27,525 nt of DNA from IMG/VR virus record IMGVR_UViG_2974615235_000001, positions 65,236 through 92,760 of that record; one strand, given 5' to 3'. Made by a program: the position numbers and the translations under genes. Source of the stretch: a virus. Its lineage: Duplodnaviria; Heunggongvirae; Uroviricota; Caudoviricetes. Below are positions 6,925 through 15,877 of the stretch, piece by piece (within the stretch, counting starts at the first letter, position 1; every line of letters begins with the position of its first letter). Below the pieces are notes generated by a model, which worked only from the letters and a program-made list of their open reading frames with translations, had not been told where the DNA came from and ran no database searches.

Positions 6925-7452
6925 TCACTCTCCCCACATCTTATCATAAAGAGATGTCTCTCTATCTATATACATATTACTATCCTCTGTAAGTTCCTCT
7001 AACAAGGCTTTACTATTCTTTATCTGTGACAGCACATGTTCGATAGAACGCTCTTTATCACGTATCTCTCTTTGTAGGACTCTCTTCATTTTATTAAGAT
7101 TCTTCTTAGCCCCTTTACGAACGTAGAAGTTACCACTACTACTGTTAGGATGGTTAAGGTCTACACAATCCTCATCTAAGTAGTATGCCCTTTGTCTAGG
7201 GTCTGCTTTTATTAAGTCACTCATGTTACCTACATAGGTGAGGTCTAACATATCTAGGGCTTTCTCTTTAGAGAAGAACTCATTATTACTTGAGTTTGAC
7301 CAGTATGTATCTACAAGGTGGTCCTCATTAACAATACCTATACGACTACGACACCAGTAGAGTGTACCAGACCTTACTTCATGTTGTCTCTTGTCATATT
7401 CATTATCATTCCAAGACCACCAGTATATGTCACCGTTGTTCCAACTAATCAT
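6925..7452 (-). CDS. Hypothetical phage protein with C-terminal coiled coil (175 aa)
   Basis: ORF track; GGAGG SD. Confidence 0.85.
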   Translation of the reverse strand: MISWNNGDIYWWSWNDNEYDKRQHEVRSGTLYWCRSRIGIVNEDHLVDTYWSNSSNNEFFSKEKALDMLDLTYVGNMSDLIKADPRQRAYYLDEDCVDLNHPNSSSGNFYVRKGAKKNLNKMKRVLQREIRDKERSIEHVLSQIKNSKALLEELTEDSNMYIDRETSLYDKMWGE

Positions 7453-7705
7453 TAATATCCTCCCCTTTAACTATCTCCCTAGTAAGCCTGTCTAACATAG
7501 TGTTTGCTAATACATGGGATTCCATACCATGTTCTAAATAAGGTTCAAGGCTATTGGGATAACTAGTACCATACTTAATATTATTATGAATGACTTCTAC
7601 CCAAGATTCAACCCCATTACTGTATTCCTCTGCATTAGGAAACACCTTCTTAATGTGATTGAGGATTTCCTGCTTGTACATGTGAATGTCTAAGATTGTT
7701 GCCAT
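7445..7705 (-). CDS. Hypothetical protein (86 aa)
   Basis: ORF track; TAATG coupling. Confidence 0.8.
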   Translation of the reverse strand: MATILDIHMYKQEILNHIKKVFPNAEEYSNGVESWVEVIHNNIKYGTSYPNSLEPYLEHGMESHVLANTMLDRLTREIVKGEDIND

Positions 7706-7956
7706 TAATACCCCCTCTTACGTCTTTCCATTTCATATTCTTCTTGTTGTTTTACTCGCTTATTACGATAATCCCTTAACCCCTCATCAACATGTGATAG
7801 AAAATTATCTGCGTAGTATTTATCTACTCTAATAGCGTCTTTTTTAGTTGCCAGATGGCAGAATACATTTCCATATTCATTTACGTATACATTTGTGACT
7901 TGAATGAGGTTTATGACTTTAGCTTCTCCCACTCTACAAAACATATATAAACTCAT
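7705..7956 (-). CDS. Hypothetical protein (83 aa)
   Basis: ORF track; ATGA coupling; GGAGG SD. Confidence 0.8.
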   Translation of the reverse strand: MSLYMFCRVGEAKVINLIQVTNVYVNEYGNVFCHLATKKDAIRVDKYYADNFLSHVDEGLRDYRNKRVKQQEEYEMERRKRGY

Positions 7957-8159
7957 AACACCTCCACTTCTTTAATCATTAAATGCGCAACTCCTTTACC
8001 AGCAAGTTCGTTGTGTAGTCCCTCTTGATAGTGCATAACTAACTGACCTGCATCATCGAAGCTATGATAACGTTCTACTAGTTTATCCTCACTCTCAGAT
8101 ACACATACTAAATACTCCCACTCATAGTGGTCATAACTATAACTAAATAAACCTTTCAT
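7953..8159 (-). CDS. Hypothetical protein (68 aa)
   Basis: ORF track; GGAGG SD. Confidence 0.8.
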   Translation of the reverse strand: MKGLFSYSYDHYEWEYLVCVSESEDKLVERYHSFDDAGQLVMHYQEGLHNELAGKGVAHLMIKEVEVL

Positions 8160-8162
8160 ATT

Positions 8163-8552
8163 CTAACCCCTCCAAATGTTATTCTCACCAACATCAATAC
8201 CTTTAAGCTTATACACCTCATCTTGAAGTTGTTCTATACGTAAATCTTTAGATTCTAAAGCCCTCTCAAGCTCCTCTATACGCATCTTAGCTTGTATTGA
8301 TGCTCCTACCTCAATCATCTTCTTTCTAAATGCTTGTAGAGGGGTACTGCCATTCCATGAACAACCTATACTGCCATGACAGAAGTTATCTTGCGTGTAT
8401 CCCTCAAACACTTGTTGCATTACATACTCGATCACTTCATCTCTACATGCTAAGGCTTCATAGAACGCTAACACTTCCTCTCTCGACATAGGGTAGAATA
8501 GTTCGTGAGGGTCGTCAATAGTTATTGTTACTTTTGCGTCATGTATTTTCAC
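8163..8552 (-). CDS. Hypothetical protein with C-terminal coiled coil (129 aa)
   Basis: ORF track; GAGGAG SD before the GTG. Confidence 0.8.
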   Translation of the reverse strand: MKIHDAKVTITIDDPHELFYPMSREEVLAFYEALACRDEVIEYVMQQVFEGYTQDNFCHGSIGCSWNGSTPLQAFRKKMIEVGASIQAKMRIEELERALESKDLRIEQLQDEVYKLKGIDVGENNIWRG

Positions 8553-8667
8553 CAGTCTTCTCCTCTTTATGGTATAAAGTAATCAATCCTAGAGTAACAG
8601 CTTTCCATAATTTACTCTTTTGCATCTTCCTATTGTGTTGTACAGGTTTTACAGGAAATCCTTTCAT
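8539..8667 (-). CDS. Small basic protein (42 aa)
   Basis: Hand-translated MKGFPVKPVQHNRKMQKSKLWKAVTLGLITLYHKEEKTGENT; GAGGAGG SD; fills the gap exactly. Confidence 0.65.
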   Translation of the reverse strand: MKGFPVKPVQHNRKMQKSKLWKAVTLGLITLYHKEEKTGENT

Positions 8668-8669
8668 AA

Positions 8670-8852
8670 TTAATCCTCCTCTTCAGGTGGCTCGGGTAAT
8701 GGCATCCAGTGTGTAATAAAACTATTAGAGTTGTTCCACTTATTGCCATACCAAGTTGCTGTGTAAATAGTGTTGTAGTGGCTGTAAGGATTGTAGACTG
8801 TGTAGTCTTTGGATTCTTCAGGCAATTTATCTTTAACACTAATCCATTTCAT
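8670..8852 (-). CDS. DUF551-family protein
   Basis: MKWISVKDKLPE...ITHWMPLPEPP signature. Confidence 0.85.
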   Translation of the reverse strand: MKWISVKDKLPEESKDYTVYNPYSHYNTIYTATWYGNKWNNSNSFITHWMPLPEPPEEED

Positions 8853-9043
8853 TTTGATTGTTCCTCTTTAAGTTCCTTCCAATTATTACCCTCTTTATAT
8901 GACAGATATTGGTAGTTGCCATCCTCATCTGCAATACTGTAAGAGAAGTTGCACCTACCTACACTATGAGATCTAAAGGTAAGACTAAAGAATGTCTTAA
9001 ATATAAACCACAGAATCTTTCTTCTACTTGGGTAAGTTGTCAT
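8849..9043 (-). CDS. Hypothetical protein (64 aa; start moved to ATG 9043)
   Basis: In-frame ATG with AAGG SD near the upstream stop. Confidence 0.65.
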   Translation of the reverse strand: MTTYPSRRKILWFIFKTFFSLTFRSHSVGRCNFSYSIADEDGNYQYLSYKEGNNWKELKEEQSK

Positions 9044-9482
9044 CGCCTTGATCCTTGCGTAGTTGCATGCCAAAAGCGCAGATTGCTTCACCCACAGCAC
9101 CAAAAGAGTAGTCACCTTTAAAATCATATTCGTTTAAAAGGAAGTGGTTTAGGGCATCCACCGCTTTAATTTGCTGCTCTAGGGCGAATTTGTTTAGTAA
9201 CTGTTTTGTCTCGTCGCAAACTTCACTCCAACCCTCAACAAAGCCAACACCGTCTACGTATCCAGTTTCGTCAGCGTGGGTTATGGCAACAATAAGTAGT
9301 TCCAACTCCTTAACACGCTCATTAGCCTTTGCTAGTTGTTCTGTTATCTGCTCAATTTCCTCTCTCATACAGAGAGTATCTTCATGCAGGTTATATATGA
9401 CGCAGGTGTATGAGTCCGTAGCAGCTATATCCATAATGTCTTCTTCACTTTTCCCGTCACTCCAGTATGTTTTATTGTCCAT
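9024..9482 (-). CDS. Coiled-coil hypothetical protein (152 aa)
   Basis: ORF track; heptads EIEQITEQLAKANERVKELE. Confidence 0.8.
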   Translation of the reverse strand: MDNKTYWSDGKSEEDIMDIAATDSYTCVIYNLHEDTLCMREEIEQITEQLAKANERVKELELLIVAITHADETGYVDGVGFVEGWSEVCDETKQLLNKFALEQQIKAVDALNHFLLNEYDFKGDYSFGAVGEAICAFGMQLRKDQGDDNLPK

Positions 9483-10287
9483 TCTCTTTCTCCCATCTCT
9501 TAATCGTTGATAAACTAACCCCTAGCATATCAGCCACTACCTTCTGTGTAAAGTTTTTACTACGTAGTAGTTTAGCTTTCTCTTTATTAGGGAGTTCTTC
9601 CATGCCAGTGATTTCTTTAAGTGTAGATATGTCACTACTCTGTAACTCTACCTTACCTTCTAAGTATATGCTATTGTTTTCTAGGATGTCAACCTTTTCT
9701 TCTAACCCTGTCAAAGTTTCGTGAAGAGTGACTCCTTTAGAGAGTTCATTGAGTTGATTATTGAGTGTAGAGGCTTTCTTGAGGGCTGTTCTGGGCAATG
9801 TACCTTTCTTAGACATGTCTTTTTGTTTATTGTGTAGCTCAGTGTGCTCTTCTTGAGATATACCCTTAGAGAGCCTCACAGGGGCGATATCATCGAAGTG
9901 TTTCACTACATCCTTACTATAATAATACCCTCTACTAGCCATATCTCTAATATCCTCCACTTTCTCTCCGTGAATAGGTGCAATTTCTGTGTAGGCATCA
10001 ATAGGTTTACCCCCTTGCCCTAAGATATAGGCGTAGGCACTCTTAGCTAAGTCTAATGTGATGTACCTCTTAGGTTCGTACCCTTCCTTAGATTGTTCTA
10101 CTGCTTGTACACGTTTCCTATTAACCTTAGCTTGAGCTTCAATGTCATTCCTTGTGTAGAATCCATAGTGTATCATTAACTCTGTGAATTTATCTCCTAT
10201 GATTTTCATTCTAAGGGAGTGGTCTATGTCCGTAGATACAAGGGAACATGCTTCTTTGTATATGTCGTCTGATGTTTTGTCTGTCAC
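9472..10287 (-). CDS. DNA-binding protein with coiled coil and C-terminal helix-turn-helix
   Basis: C-terminal KAKLLRSKNFTQKVVADMLGVSLSTIKRWEK is a classic HTH. Confidence 0.75.
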   Translation of the reverse strand: MTDKTSDDIYKEACSLVSTDIDHSLRMKIIGDKFTELMIHYGFYTRNDIEAQAKVNRKRVQAVEQSKEGYEPKRYITLDLAKSAYAYILGQGGKPIDAYTEIAPIHGEKVEDIRDMASRGYYYSKDVVKHFDDIAPVRLSKGISQEEHTELHNKQKDMSKKGTLPRTALKKASTLNNQLNELSKGVTLHETLTGLEEKVDILENNSIYLEGKVELQSSDISTLKEITGMEELPNKEKAKLLRSKNFTQKVVADMLGVSLSTIKRWEKENGQ

Positions 10288-10478
10288 ATTATTACCTTTA
10301 AGTTTTTAAAGTTTACTAAAAGAGTTTTCCAACCTAAGCCTGTTTGTACTTTTACTTGAACCCTTTTATCACTACTAAGTGGGTGGGAGACTACGTAACA
10401 AACAGGAATACAAGACAGTCCTTTGTATTTACCAGTTAACAGTGTTACTCTTTTACTCACATTAAATATGTCTGTCAC
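10284..10478 (-). CDS. Hypothetical protein (64 aa; probable GTG start at 10478)
   Basis: ORF track 10284-10499; GGAGG SD 5 nt before GTG 10478; GTGA coupling. Confidence 0.65.
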   Translation of the reverse strand: MTDIFNVSKRVTLLTGKYKGLSCIPVCYVVSHPLSSDKRVQVKVQTGLGWKTLLVNFKNLKVIM

Positions 10479-10654
10479 CATGACCTCCCATGTATGCACA
10501 CTTTACCTTCGGTAATCTTTCTTTTCCCATACTCAATACTTTCAATCTCATGGGAGAATGTCCCATTACGAGTACCTTTAACAATTACAATATCCGTAGG
10601 TTTAAATTTAGATAAAGCTTCTATTAGTTCTTCTACTGTGTACTCTCTGCTCAC
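10475..10654 (-). CDS. Small hypothetical protein (59 aa)
   Basis: Hand-translated MSREYTVEELIEALSKFKPTDIVIVKG...GRSW; GTGA overlap at both ends; GGAG SD. Confidence 0.7.
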   Translation of the reverse strand: MSREYTVEELIEALSKFKPTDIVIVKGTRNGTFSHEIESIEYGKRKITEGKVCIHGRSW

Positions 10655-11181
10655 TTATTAATCTCCTTCCAAGTTTGTCTTAGTACATCCTCATAGCCTT
10701 CTAGGTACATATTTATACAAGGTATGCCATTTTTTCGTGCCAACTCTACCGCAGTACGCGTTCCTCCTGATACACCACTCTGGGTTTCCTTTGCGTAGAA
10801 TATGATTAGCTTACTAGGGGTCTTTAAATCGCTACCCAAAACTTGGTATACATTCCTTGCATGTAACGCTTTAGTACCTCTACTGCACTTATCCCATGCA
10901 GGGTGAATTTCAGACGCTATACTTTGTGCCTCTTCCCATGTGTCAAATACTGAGGAGATTATGGGGTTATCTGAATGTTTGGCAAACCCTTTCCAAGGGA
11001 TGTATATGTCACAAGATTTTCCTAGTAACACTCCTCTCTCAAAAGCTCTGTCTGCACCTTCTGCACCCCCTGAACGTAATACCCAATCTATCTCAGACAG
11101 GAAGCCTGCGTACTTAGTCATTCTACCTAAGATATGGGCAGGGGTCTGCCTACTACCTATTCCTGTGTAGTAATTTGTCAC
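10651..11181 (-). CDS. DprA/SMF-like (SLOG Rossmann-fold) protein
   Basis: YTGIGSRQTP, LRSGGAEGADRAFERG, HARNVYQVLG, SGGTRTAVELARKNGIPCIN. Confidence 0.8.
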   Translation of the reverse strand: MTNYYTGIGSRQTPAHILGRMTKYAGFLSEIDWVLRSGGAEGADRAFERGVLLGKSCDIYIPWKGFAKHSDNPIISSVFDTWEEAQSIASEIHPAWDKCSRGTKALHARNVYQVLGSDLKTPSKLIIFYAKETQSGVSGGTRTAVELARKNGIPCINMYLEGYEDVLRQTWKEINK

Positions 11182-11339
11182 TCTATTACCTCCTTAATAA
11201 TAAACGTCTCATAAGGGTCTAAGCTAAATTGATTCTCTAAAGTAACTACCTTGTACTCAGCATCCTCTAAGGAGTCATACTCTTCTACAAATTTGTCTTG
11301 TGTGTAAAGCGATTTACACCACACTTCGTATTTAGTCAT
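11178..11339 (-). CDS. Small acidic protein (53 aa)
   Basis: Hand-translated MTKYEVWCKSLYTQDKFVEEYDSLEDAEY...KEVIE; ATGA and GTGA overlaps. Confidence 0.7.
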   Translation of the reverse strand: MTKYEVWCKSLYTQDKFVEEYDSLEDAEYKVVTLENQFSLDPYETFIIKEVIE

Positions 11340-11530
11340 ATAAATTCCCCATTCTCGTCTTTAGGTTCATAAAATCCATAAGACCAATAATCCCTATGTC
11401 CACAATTGGTGCAGTAGGTTTCTATCTCACTAGGATGTCCTTCAACAGAATCTATTACCTTACAGTCATTTTGACCTTCGCAGAGAGGGCATATATGTTC
11501 ATTGTCGTAACTAACAGCAGACAGTTTCAT
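11336..11530 (-). CDS. Small zinc-ribbon protein (64 aa)
   Basis: CPLC...CTNC pairs. Confidence 0.75.
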   Translation of the reverse strand: MKLSAVSYDNEHICPLCEGQNDCKVIDSVEGHPSEIETYCTNCGHRDYWSYGFYEPKDENGEFI

Positions 11531-11721
11531 ACTTTATCCTCCTCTAATGGATGTTTCAAACCTGTAATTCCTATCTTAGCACGTTCTATTGAAATAGCAT
11601 CTGCCACAAAATCACATGATTGCCAATCTCTCATTTCCATACACTGTATGTATACCTCTTTTAGTTCCTCTATACGTTTTAGTATCTTACTTTCATTTTC
11701 CTTTTGCATGTAGTACGTCAT
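11527..11721 (-). CDS. Hypothetical protein (64 aa; start moved to ATG 11721)
   Basis: GGAGG SD; ATGA overlap. Confidence 0.75.
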   Translation of the reverse strand: MTYYMQKENESKILKRIEELKEVYIQCMEMRDWQSCDFVADAISIERAKIGITGLKHPLEEDKV

Positions 11722-11996
11722 AGTACCTCCTCCAAAACTAGCCCTCTGCGATTGCAAGCTTCTTTAAGTTCCTCTAATGTAAAACCCTCATAAGGGTTGA
11801 AATCTGGCAAGGATTGCACCTCACCATCTACAATGTCGTCAAGAAGTATTTGTGAGTACAGGTCGAACATATCCAAGGCACTTCCATTCTGACTCCACCC
11901 TACCGCATTGTAGCACTCAAAGAGTACCCCACTACAACAAGGGCAATCTTCATGTCCGTCATACCAAGAATCATCTGTGTATTTGTACACTTTCAT
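11718..11996 (-). CDS. Hypothetical protein with CPCC motif (92 aa)
   Basis: ORF track; GGAGGAG SD. Confidence 0.8.
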   Translation of the reverse strand: MKVYKYTDDSWYDGHEDCPCCSGVLFECYNAVGWSQNGSALDMFDLYSQILLDDIVDGEVQSLPDFNPYEGFTLEELKEACNRRGLVLEEVL

Positions 11997-12228
11997 AATT
12001 CATCTCCTCCCATACGGTGAAGTCTCTAATATTAGCCCATTCCTTAGCTTCCTCCGCTTTAATACGCAGGCTTTCAGAAATAGTGTAGTCTTTGTTAGTG
12101 TCAAGCCATAAAATGTATTCAGGGTCTAAGTCAGCCACTTCTCCGCAGGTTTTACCTTTATGTTTGCCAAAGTGCAACAGAGAATATTCATTTAAATGTG
12201 TTTGTCTTTTAAATTTCTTGAAAGCCAT
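11971..12228 (-). CDS. Protein with ExoX C-terminal/DUF3820-like FGKHKG domain
   Basis: LHFGKHKGKT...DPEYILWL motif. Confidence 0.7.
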   Translation of the reverse strand: MAFKKFKRQTHLNEYSLLHFGKHKGKTCGEVADLDPEYILWLDTNKDYTISESLRIKAEEAKEWANIRDFTVWEEMNYESVQIHR

Positions 12229-12238
12229 TGTATTCTCC

Positions 12239-12439
12239 TTATTTTAAAGATTCAGAATAAGCTTTTAGTGCATTTACTGTTTCCTTTAAAGAGGTAGATG
12301 CTCTTACAATATTTGCCCCTGTTTCATCCCATGCAATATATAAGTACACTTCACCTAACGCAGCATTTACCTCAATAGGTATTACTGTTATATGCTTATC
12401 CATCCAACTGTCGTAACCTCTAAAATCATTTAGTTTCAT
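12239..12439 (-). CDS. Hypothetical protein (66 aa; start moved to ATG 12439)
   Basis: AGGAG SD before ATG 12439. Confidence 0.75.
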   Translation of the reverse strand: MKLNDFRGYDSWMDKHITVIPIEVNAALGEVYLYIAWDETGANIVRASTSLKETVNALKAYSESLK

Positions 12440-13697
12440 TTCGCAAACTCCTATAAAATTGTTTAACATCTTTATGTACAATAACGTCATCATACGTAGG
12501 CTCTTTTACAAATGCAATACTTTTTAAATCCTTCACTCTGGAGAGAGCTACATAAAGTTGTCCATGTGAAAAGCAGCCCCTCCCTATATCAATAGCAACA
12601 TTATTCAAAGTTTGCCCTTGACTAACATGTACAGACTGCGCATAAGCTAATTCTAAAGGTATTTGTGTAAACTTACTAACGACTTCCTTCTCTAAGTTGC
12701 CAAGCTTGTTACGATAGTTATATTTTTCCCATGTGTTAGGCAGCACTGTAACTTCCCTACCACTCTGCTTCTTAACACGTACCATGACGTTATCTACATA
12801 AGTGACGATCCCCTTTTCCCCATTGACGTACTCCCCGTTCTCATCGTTAGCCTTGAACATTACCCTCGCTCCTTCTCGGAGTTCCACCTTATGCCCTACC
12901 GTAGAGTCAGTCCACTTATCTTCTGTCAATACATCCTCAATACGCGCTTGATAGGTGAATATAGGAGTCTCTAACCTTTTAAAGTATTTCCTGTTGTACT
13001 TCCTCACGTCTGCCTTGTAGTTACATAACACAGTAACATCCTCATTAGGTACGTAAGGCGTGGACTCTTTAATTATTGTATCAAGTGCAAATTTGTAATT
13101 TTTATCTTTTTGACGAATACTTGAGAGCATTTTAGCTTGTCTTTCATCTTGCTGCCTAAATACTTTAGTAAGCTCTACTAGCTCAAACTGAAAAGCCTCA
13201 CTCTTAAAACAGAAAGGGGATGAATATTCACTGTAATAGGCTTCTTCCTCATAAGACGTGATTACGGGGTCGATCTGGAAGAAGTCCCCAACGACGATCA
13301 TCTGTAGACCACCAAAAATTTTTTTATTGCCCCTAATCATTTGCAATTTGGAATTTATGAGTTCAAACATGTCCATACGTAGGCAACTGATTTCATCTAT
13401 TACTATACGTTTTGCAGGGGAATACACTCCAAACAAGTCTTTAGCCTTACGTGAAGCACTCATGAAGTCCTGTGCGGTAGGTACGCCTAGTGGGAGTCCA
13501 AACGTCCTATGGCATGTAGCCCCTTTAATGTTTAACGCAGCTATACCTGTGGGGGCACACAAAATTGTATTAGGGTCTAATATATGATCTATCACTACCG
13601 ACTTTCCACAACCTGCCTCAGCAGTTAATAATACGTTCTTCCCCTCCCTAATTTTACTTAATGCCAACTCTTGTTCTTGTGAAAGTGTAATCCCCAC
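12426..13697 (-). CDS. Pif1-like SF1B DNA helicase
   Basis: AEAGCGKS (Walker A), VIDEIS (Walker B), FGGLQMIVVGDFFQIDPV, LTKVFRQ, QIPLELAYAQSVHVSQGQT, GQLYVALSRV. Confidence 0.93.
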   Translation of the reverse strand: MGITLSQEQELALSKIREGKNVLLTAEAGCGKSVVIDHILDPNTILCAPTGIAALNIKGATCHRTFGLPLGVPTAQDFMSASRKAKDLFGVYSPAKRIVIDEISCLRMDMFELINSKLQMIRGNKKIFGGLQMIVVGDFFQIDPVITSYEEEAYYSEYSSPFCFKSEAFQFELVELTKVFRQQDERQAKMLSSIRQKDKNYKFALDTIIKESTPYVPNEDVTVLCNYKADVRKYNRKYFKRLETPIFTYQARIEDVLTEDKWTDSTVGHKVELREGARVMFKANDENGEYVNGEKGIVTYVDNVMVRVKKQSGREVTVLPNTWEKYNYRNKLGNLEKEVVSKFTQIPLELAYAQSVHVSQGQTLNNVAIDIGRGCFSHGQLYVALSRVKDLKSIAFVKEPTYDDVIVHKDVKQFYRSLRNETK

Positions 13698-13707
13698 AAT
13701 ATCCTCC

Positions 13708-13848
13708 TTACAACTGTTTATCTTTATTAAATACTCCTTTCCAGAAGTAATCCCACTTATCCTTCACTATGTAATACGCGCCTACACAATTACCTACAAT
13801 ACAAGCTAAGAATATAACTCCTACAACACACCACACTACATTGTCCAT
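13708..13848 (-). CDS. Small single-pass membrane protein (46 aa)
   Basis: Hand-translated MDNVVWCVVGVIFLACIVGNCVGAYYIVKDKWDYFWKGVFNKDKQL; TAATG coupling. Confidence 0.65.
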   Translation of the reverse strand: MDNVVWCVVGVIFLACIVGNCVGAYYIVKDKWDYFWKGVFNKDKQL

Positions 13849-13994
13849 TATAACTCATCCTCAAAATTCATAATAAACTCATCAATTTCATCAAAAATAT
13901 GCTGTTCCTTAGGAGTAAGGTTATCATAGTCCATGTGTTCCATCAACCTCTCCCTTAACTTGTTTAATATTACTCTAGCTTTATTCTTGTTCAT
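13848..13994 (-). CDS. Small hypothetical protein (48 aa)
   Basis: Hand-translated MNKNKARVILNKLRERLMEHMDYDNLTPKEQHIFDEIDEFIMNFEDEL; ATGA overlap. Confidence 0.7.
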   Translation of the reverse strand: MNKNKARVILNKLRERLMEHMDYDNLTPKEQHIFDEIDEFIMNFEDEL

Positions 13995-14485
13995 AAGTTT
14001 TTCTCTATTAGGGTGTTAACTTTGTCAATGTTATCTACAATCCAATCCCTTGCAAAATCAGTTTCCTCTGTCATCCACTCATAAACAGTGTCTATATTCC
14101 ATTGTTTGAAACAAGGGTAATATTTAACTAAGGCATTTGCATGTTGCAATCTTTTAAGGTGTTGTTCCTCTGGAGGGTAAAATTGCACAGTAATTTCATG
14201 TCCAAGGATTTCCATCTCACGTTCTTTATGTTCATCTCCTATTAATAGTTTAAATAGATTAATAAGGTTGTGTTTAAACGTAGATTCATAATACTCTTGA
14301 GCGATAACTCCGTGAAGGTTCTCTTGGTCAGGGTCTGCCTTGATACGAAACACTGTATTACGTGCTGTAACTCCTTCTGGGAGGTCTTTAGTGAATTTTA
14401 ATACAGGACAAAAGACTCTTACTAAAATGTACCCTAGCCCCCATGTAGAAAACCCTACGAGGTATCCTAACTCTTGTTCAGTCAT
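13991..14485 (-). CDS. Hypothetical protein with N-terminal membrane anchor (164 aa)
   Basis: ORF track; hydrophobic LGYLVGFSTWGLGYILVRVFC. Confidence 0.8.
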   Translation of the reverse strand: MTEQELGYLVGFSTWGLGYILVRVFCPVLKFTKDLPEGVTARNTVFRIKADPDQENLHGVIAQEYYESTFKHNLINLFKLLIGDEHKEREMEILGHEITVQFYPPEEQHLKRLQHANALVKYYPCFKQWNIDTVYEWMTEETDFARDWIVDNIDKVNTLIEKNL

Positions 14486-14670
14486 TAGTAGGCATCCTCT
14501 TTTAAATCTTTAATCTCGTCCTTCAATTCCTCAATTTCTTGTTCAAGTTCGTCTATCTTATTTTGTAGTTCTTCTTCTTTTTCCTCTTTAGCTTCGTCAA
14601 TCTGGTCATCGATAAACTGTTGTAGTTCGTAAACTAAATCACTTACATCTGTAAAACGGTATGTTGGCAT
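14485..14670 (-). CDS. Small acidic coiled-coil protein (61 aa)
   Basis: ORF track; AAGGAG SD. Confidence 0.8.
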   Translation of the reverse strand: MPTYRFTDVSDLVYELQQFIDDQIDEAKEEKEEELQNKIDELEQEIEELKDEIKDLKEDAY

Positions 14671-14681
14671 ATTGTCTCCTT

Positions 14682-14706
14682 AAAAGAGAGAGGGCTTTCG
14701 CCCTCT
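14682..14706 (-). terminator. GAAA-tetraloop hairpin, probable leaky terminator or processing site
   Basis: Minus strand AGAGGGC-GAAA-GCCCTCT followed by CTCTTTT. Confidence 0.65.
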
Positions 14707-14714
14707 ATAAATAA

Positions 14715-15866
14715 TTATTCGTAGAAAGTTACTACACGTTCTTTAGGGAAAACCTCGTAGATATCTTCCATATCAAGATTTTCGTAACCCACGTAGCTGT
14801 AGTAGCTGTAGTAGTTGTAGTCTACACGATAGTATCTACCTTTCCAAGAGAACACAGCGTAACAATCTTCCGACCCACCTTCACCTCCCCCGTCTTGAGT
14901 GATATGCTTCGCATCTTTTGGTAGGCCACCCCAATTATCTACTAGGTTTTCAACAAACAACTCGTTTAAGTCCATATCCTCTGAAAAATATTCTAAACCT
15001 TCTGCAACACCTGCATCTGCAATTTCCTGTAACAATGCTTTTGCTTTTTCTTCACCTAAAAATTTACTCATATATTTCTCCTCTAAATTTAACAGTTTTA
15101 CTACTTTATAAAAATCCTCTTTACGAGGTCTTACAAAATGTTCTAAGTTTAAGACAATAAAATCGGTAGCCCATCCCTTAGTCAAATTTGTAATCGTTTT
15201 CTGTAGGGCAAGTGAATATGCTTTCATCCAAGTCATACCTCTATCAAACCAGTATTGTTTAAGATACCAACGTTCTAAAGCGATAGCGGTTATTTCCTCT
15301 CTGAACATACTTACTTGTTCTACAAAATCTAGTTTATCAAACTTACTCTTATCAATCAACACCTGTTTACCATCTTTCAAACATTTCGTATAAGTAGGTG
15401 GTTTTGGGTGTGTGATTAACTCATGGAGTAAGTCATGGTCGTACTCATATTCTACAAAGTCATTAAAGAACATTTCTTTAGACTTGTCAAGATTTAAAAA
15501 TGATTTATCCCCTAAATCTTCTTTCCACCAGTCTACTAATGATAGGTATAATGGGTAAATCAGTTTACAACCTTTCTCTTTTAAGATAAGAATATCTTTT
15601 TTATGTTTCTGCCACGAAGGATTACTCCAACCTAAATGAGAACACTTAATGGTGTATACCATATCAGGGGTAGCGTAAGGTGTAGTAGATGTTATGTATT
15701 TACACATAATCTTGTATGTAACGTCATTTATAGGTACAATATCATAACCTTTTTTAATAGCCAAATTCATATTGTCAGAATCTTCTGTTATCATTACGTC
15801 TACGTCTTTACTCTGCCTTAATACGACACCATGTTTAGCTAGTGCTGCTGTACCTATAATTATCAT
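14715..15866 (-). CDS. Two-domain protein: N-terminal Pol-beta-type nucleotidyltransferase-like domain plus acidic C-terminal domain
   Basis: IIGTAAL...KDVDV fits hG[GS]-x(9-13)-DhDh; C-terminal part begins at in-frame ATG 15071 with its own GAGGAG SD. Confidence 0.6.
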   Translation of the reverse strand: MIIIGTAALAKHGVVLRQSKDVDVMITEDSDNMNLAIKKGYDIVPINDVTYKIMCKYITSTTPYATPDMVYTIKCSHLGWSNPSWQKHKKDILILKEKGCKLIYPLYLSLVDWWKEDLGDKSFLNLDKSKEMFFNDFVEYEYDHDLLHELITHPKPPTYTKCLKDGKQVLIDKSKFDKLDFVEQVSMFREEITAIALERWYLKQYWFDRGMTWMKAYSLALQKTITNLTKGWATDFIVLNLEHFVRPRKEDFYKVVKLLNLEEKYMSKFLGEEKAKALLQEIADAGVAEGLEYFSEDMDLNELFVENLVDNWGGLPKDAKHITQDGGGEGGSEDCYAVFSWKGRYYRVDYNYYSYYSYVGYENLDMEDIYEVFPKERVVTFYE

Positions 15867-15877
15867 ACACTTTTCCC

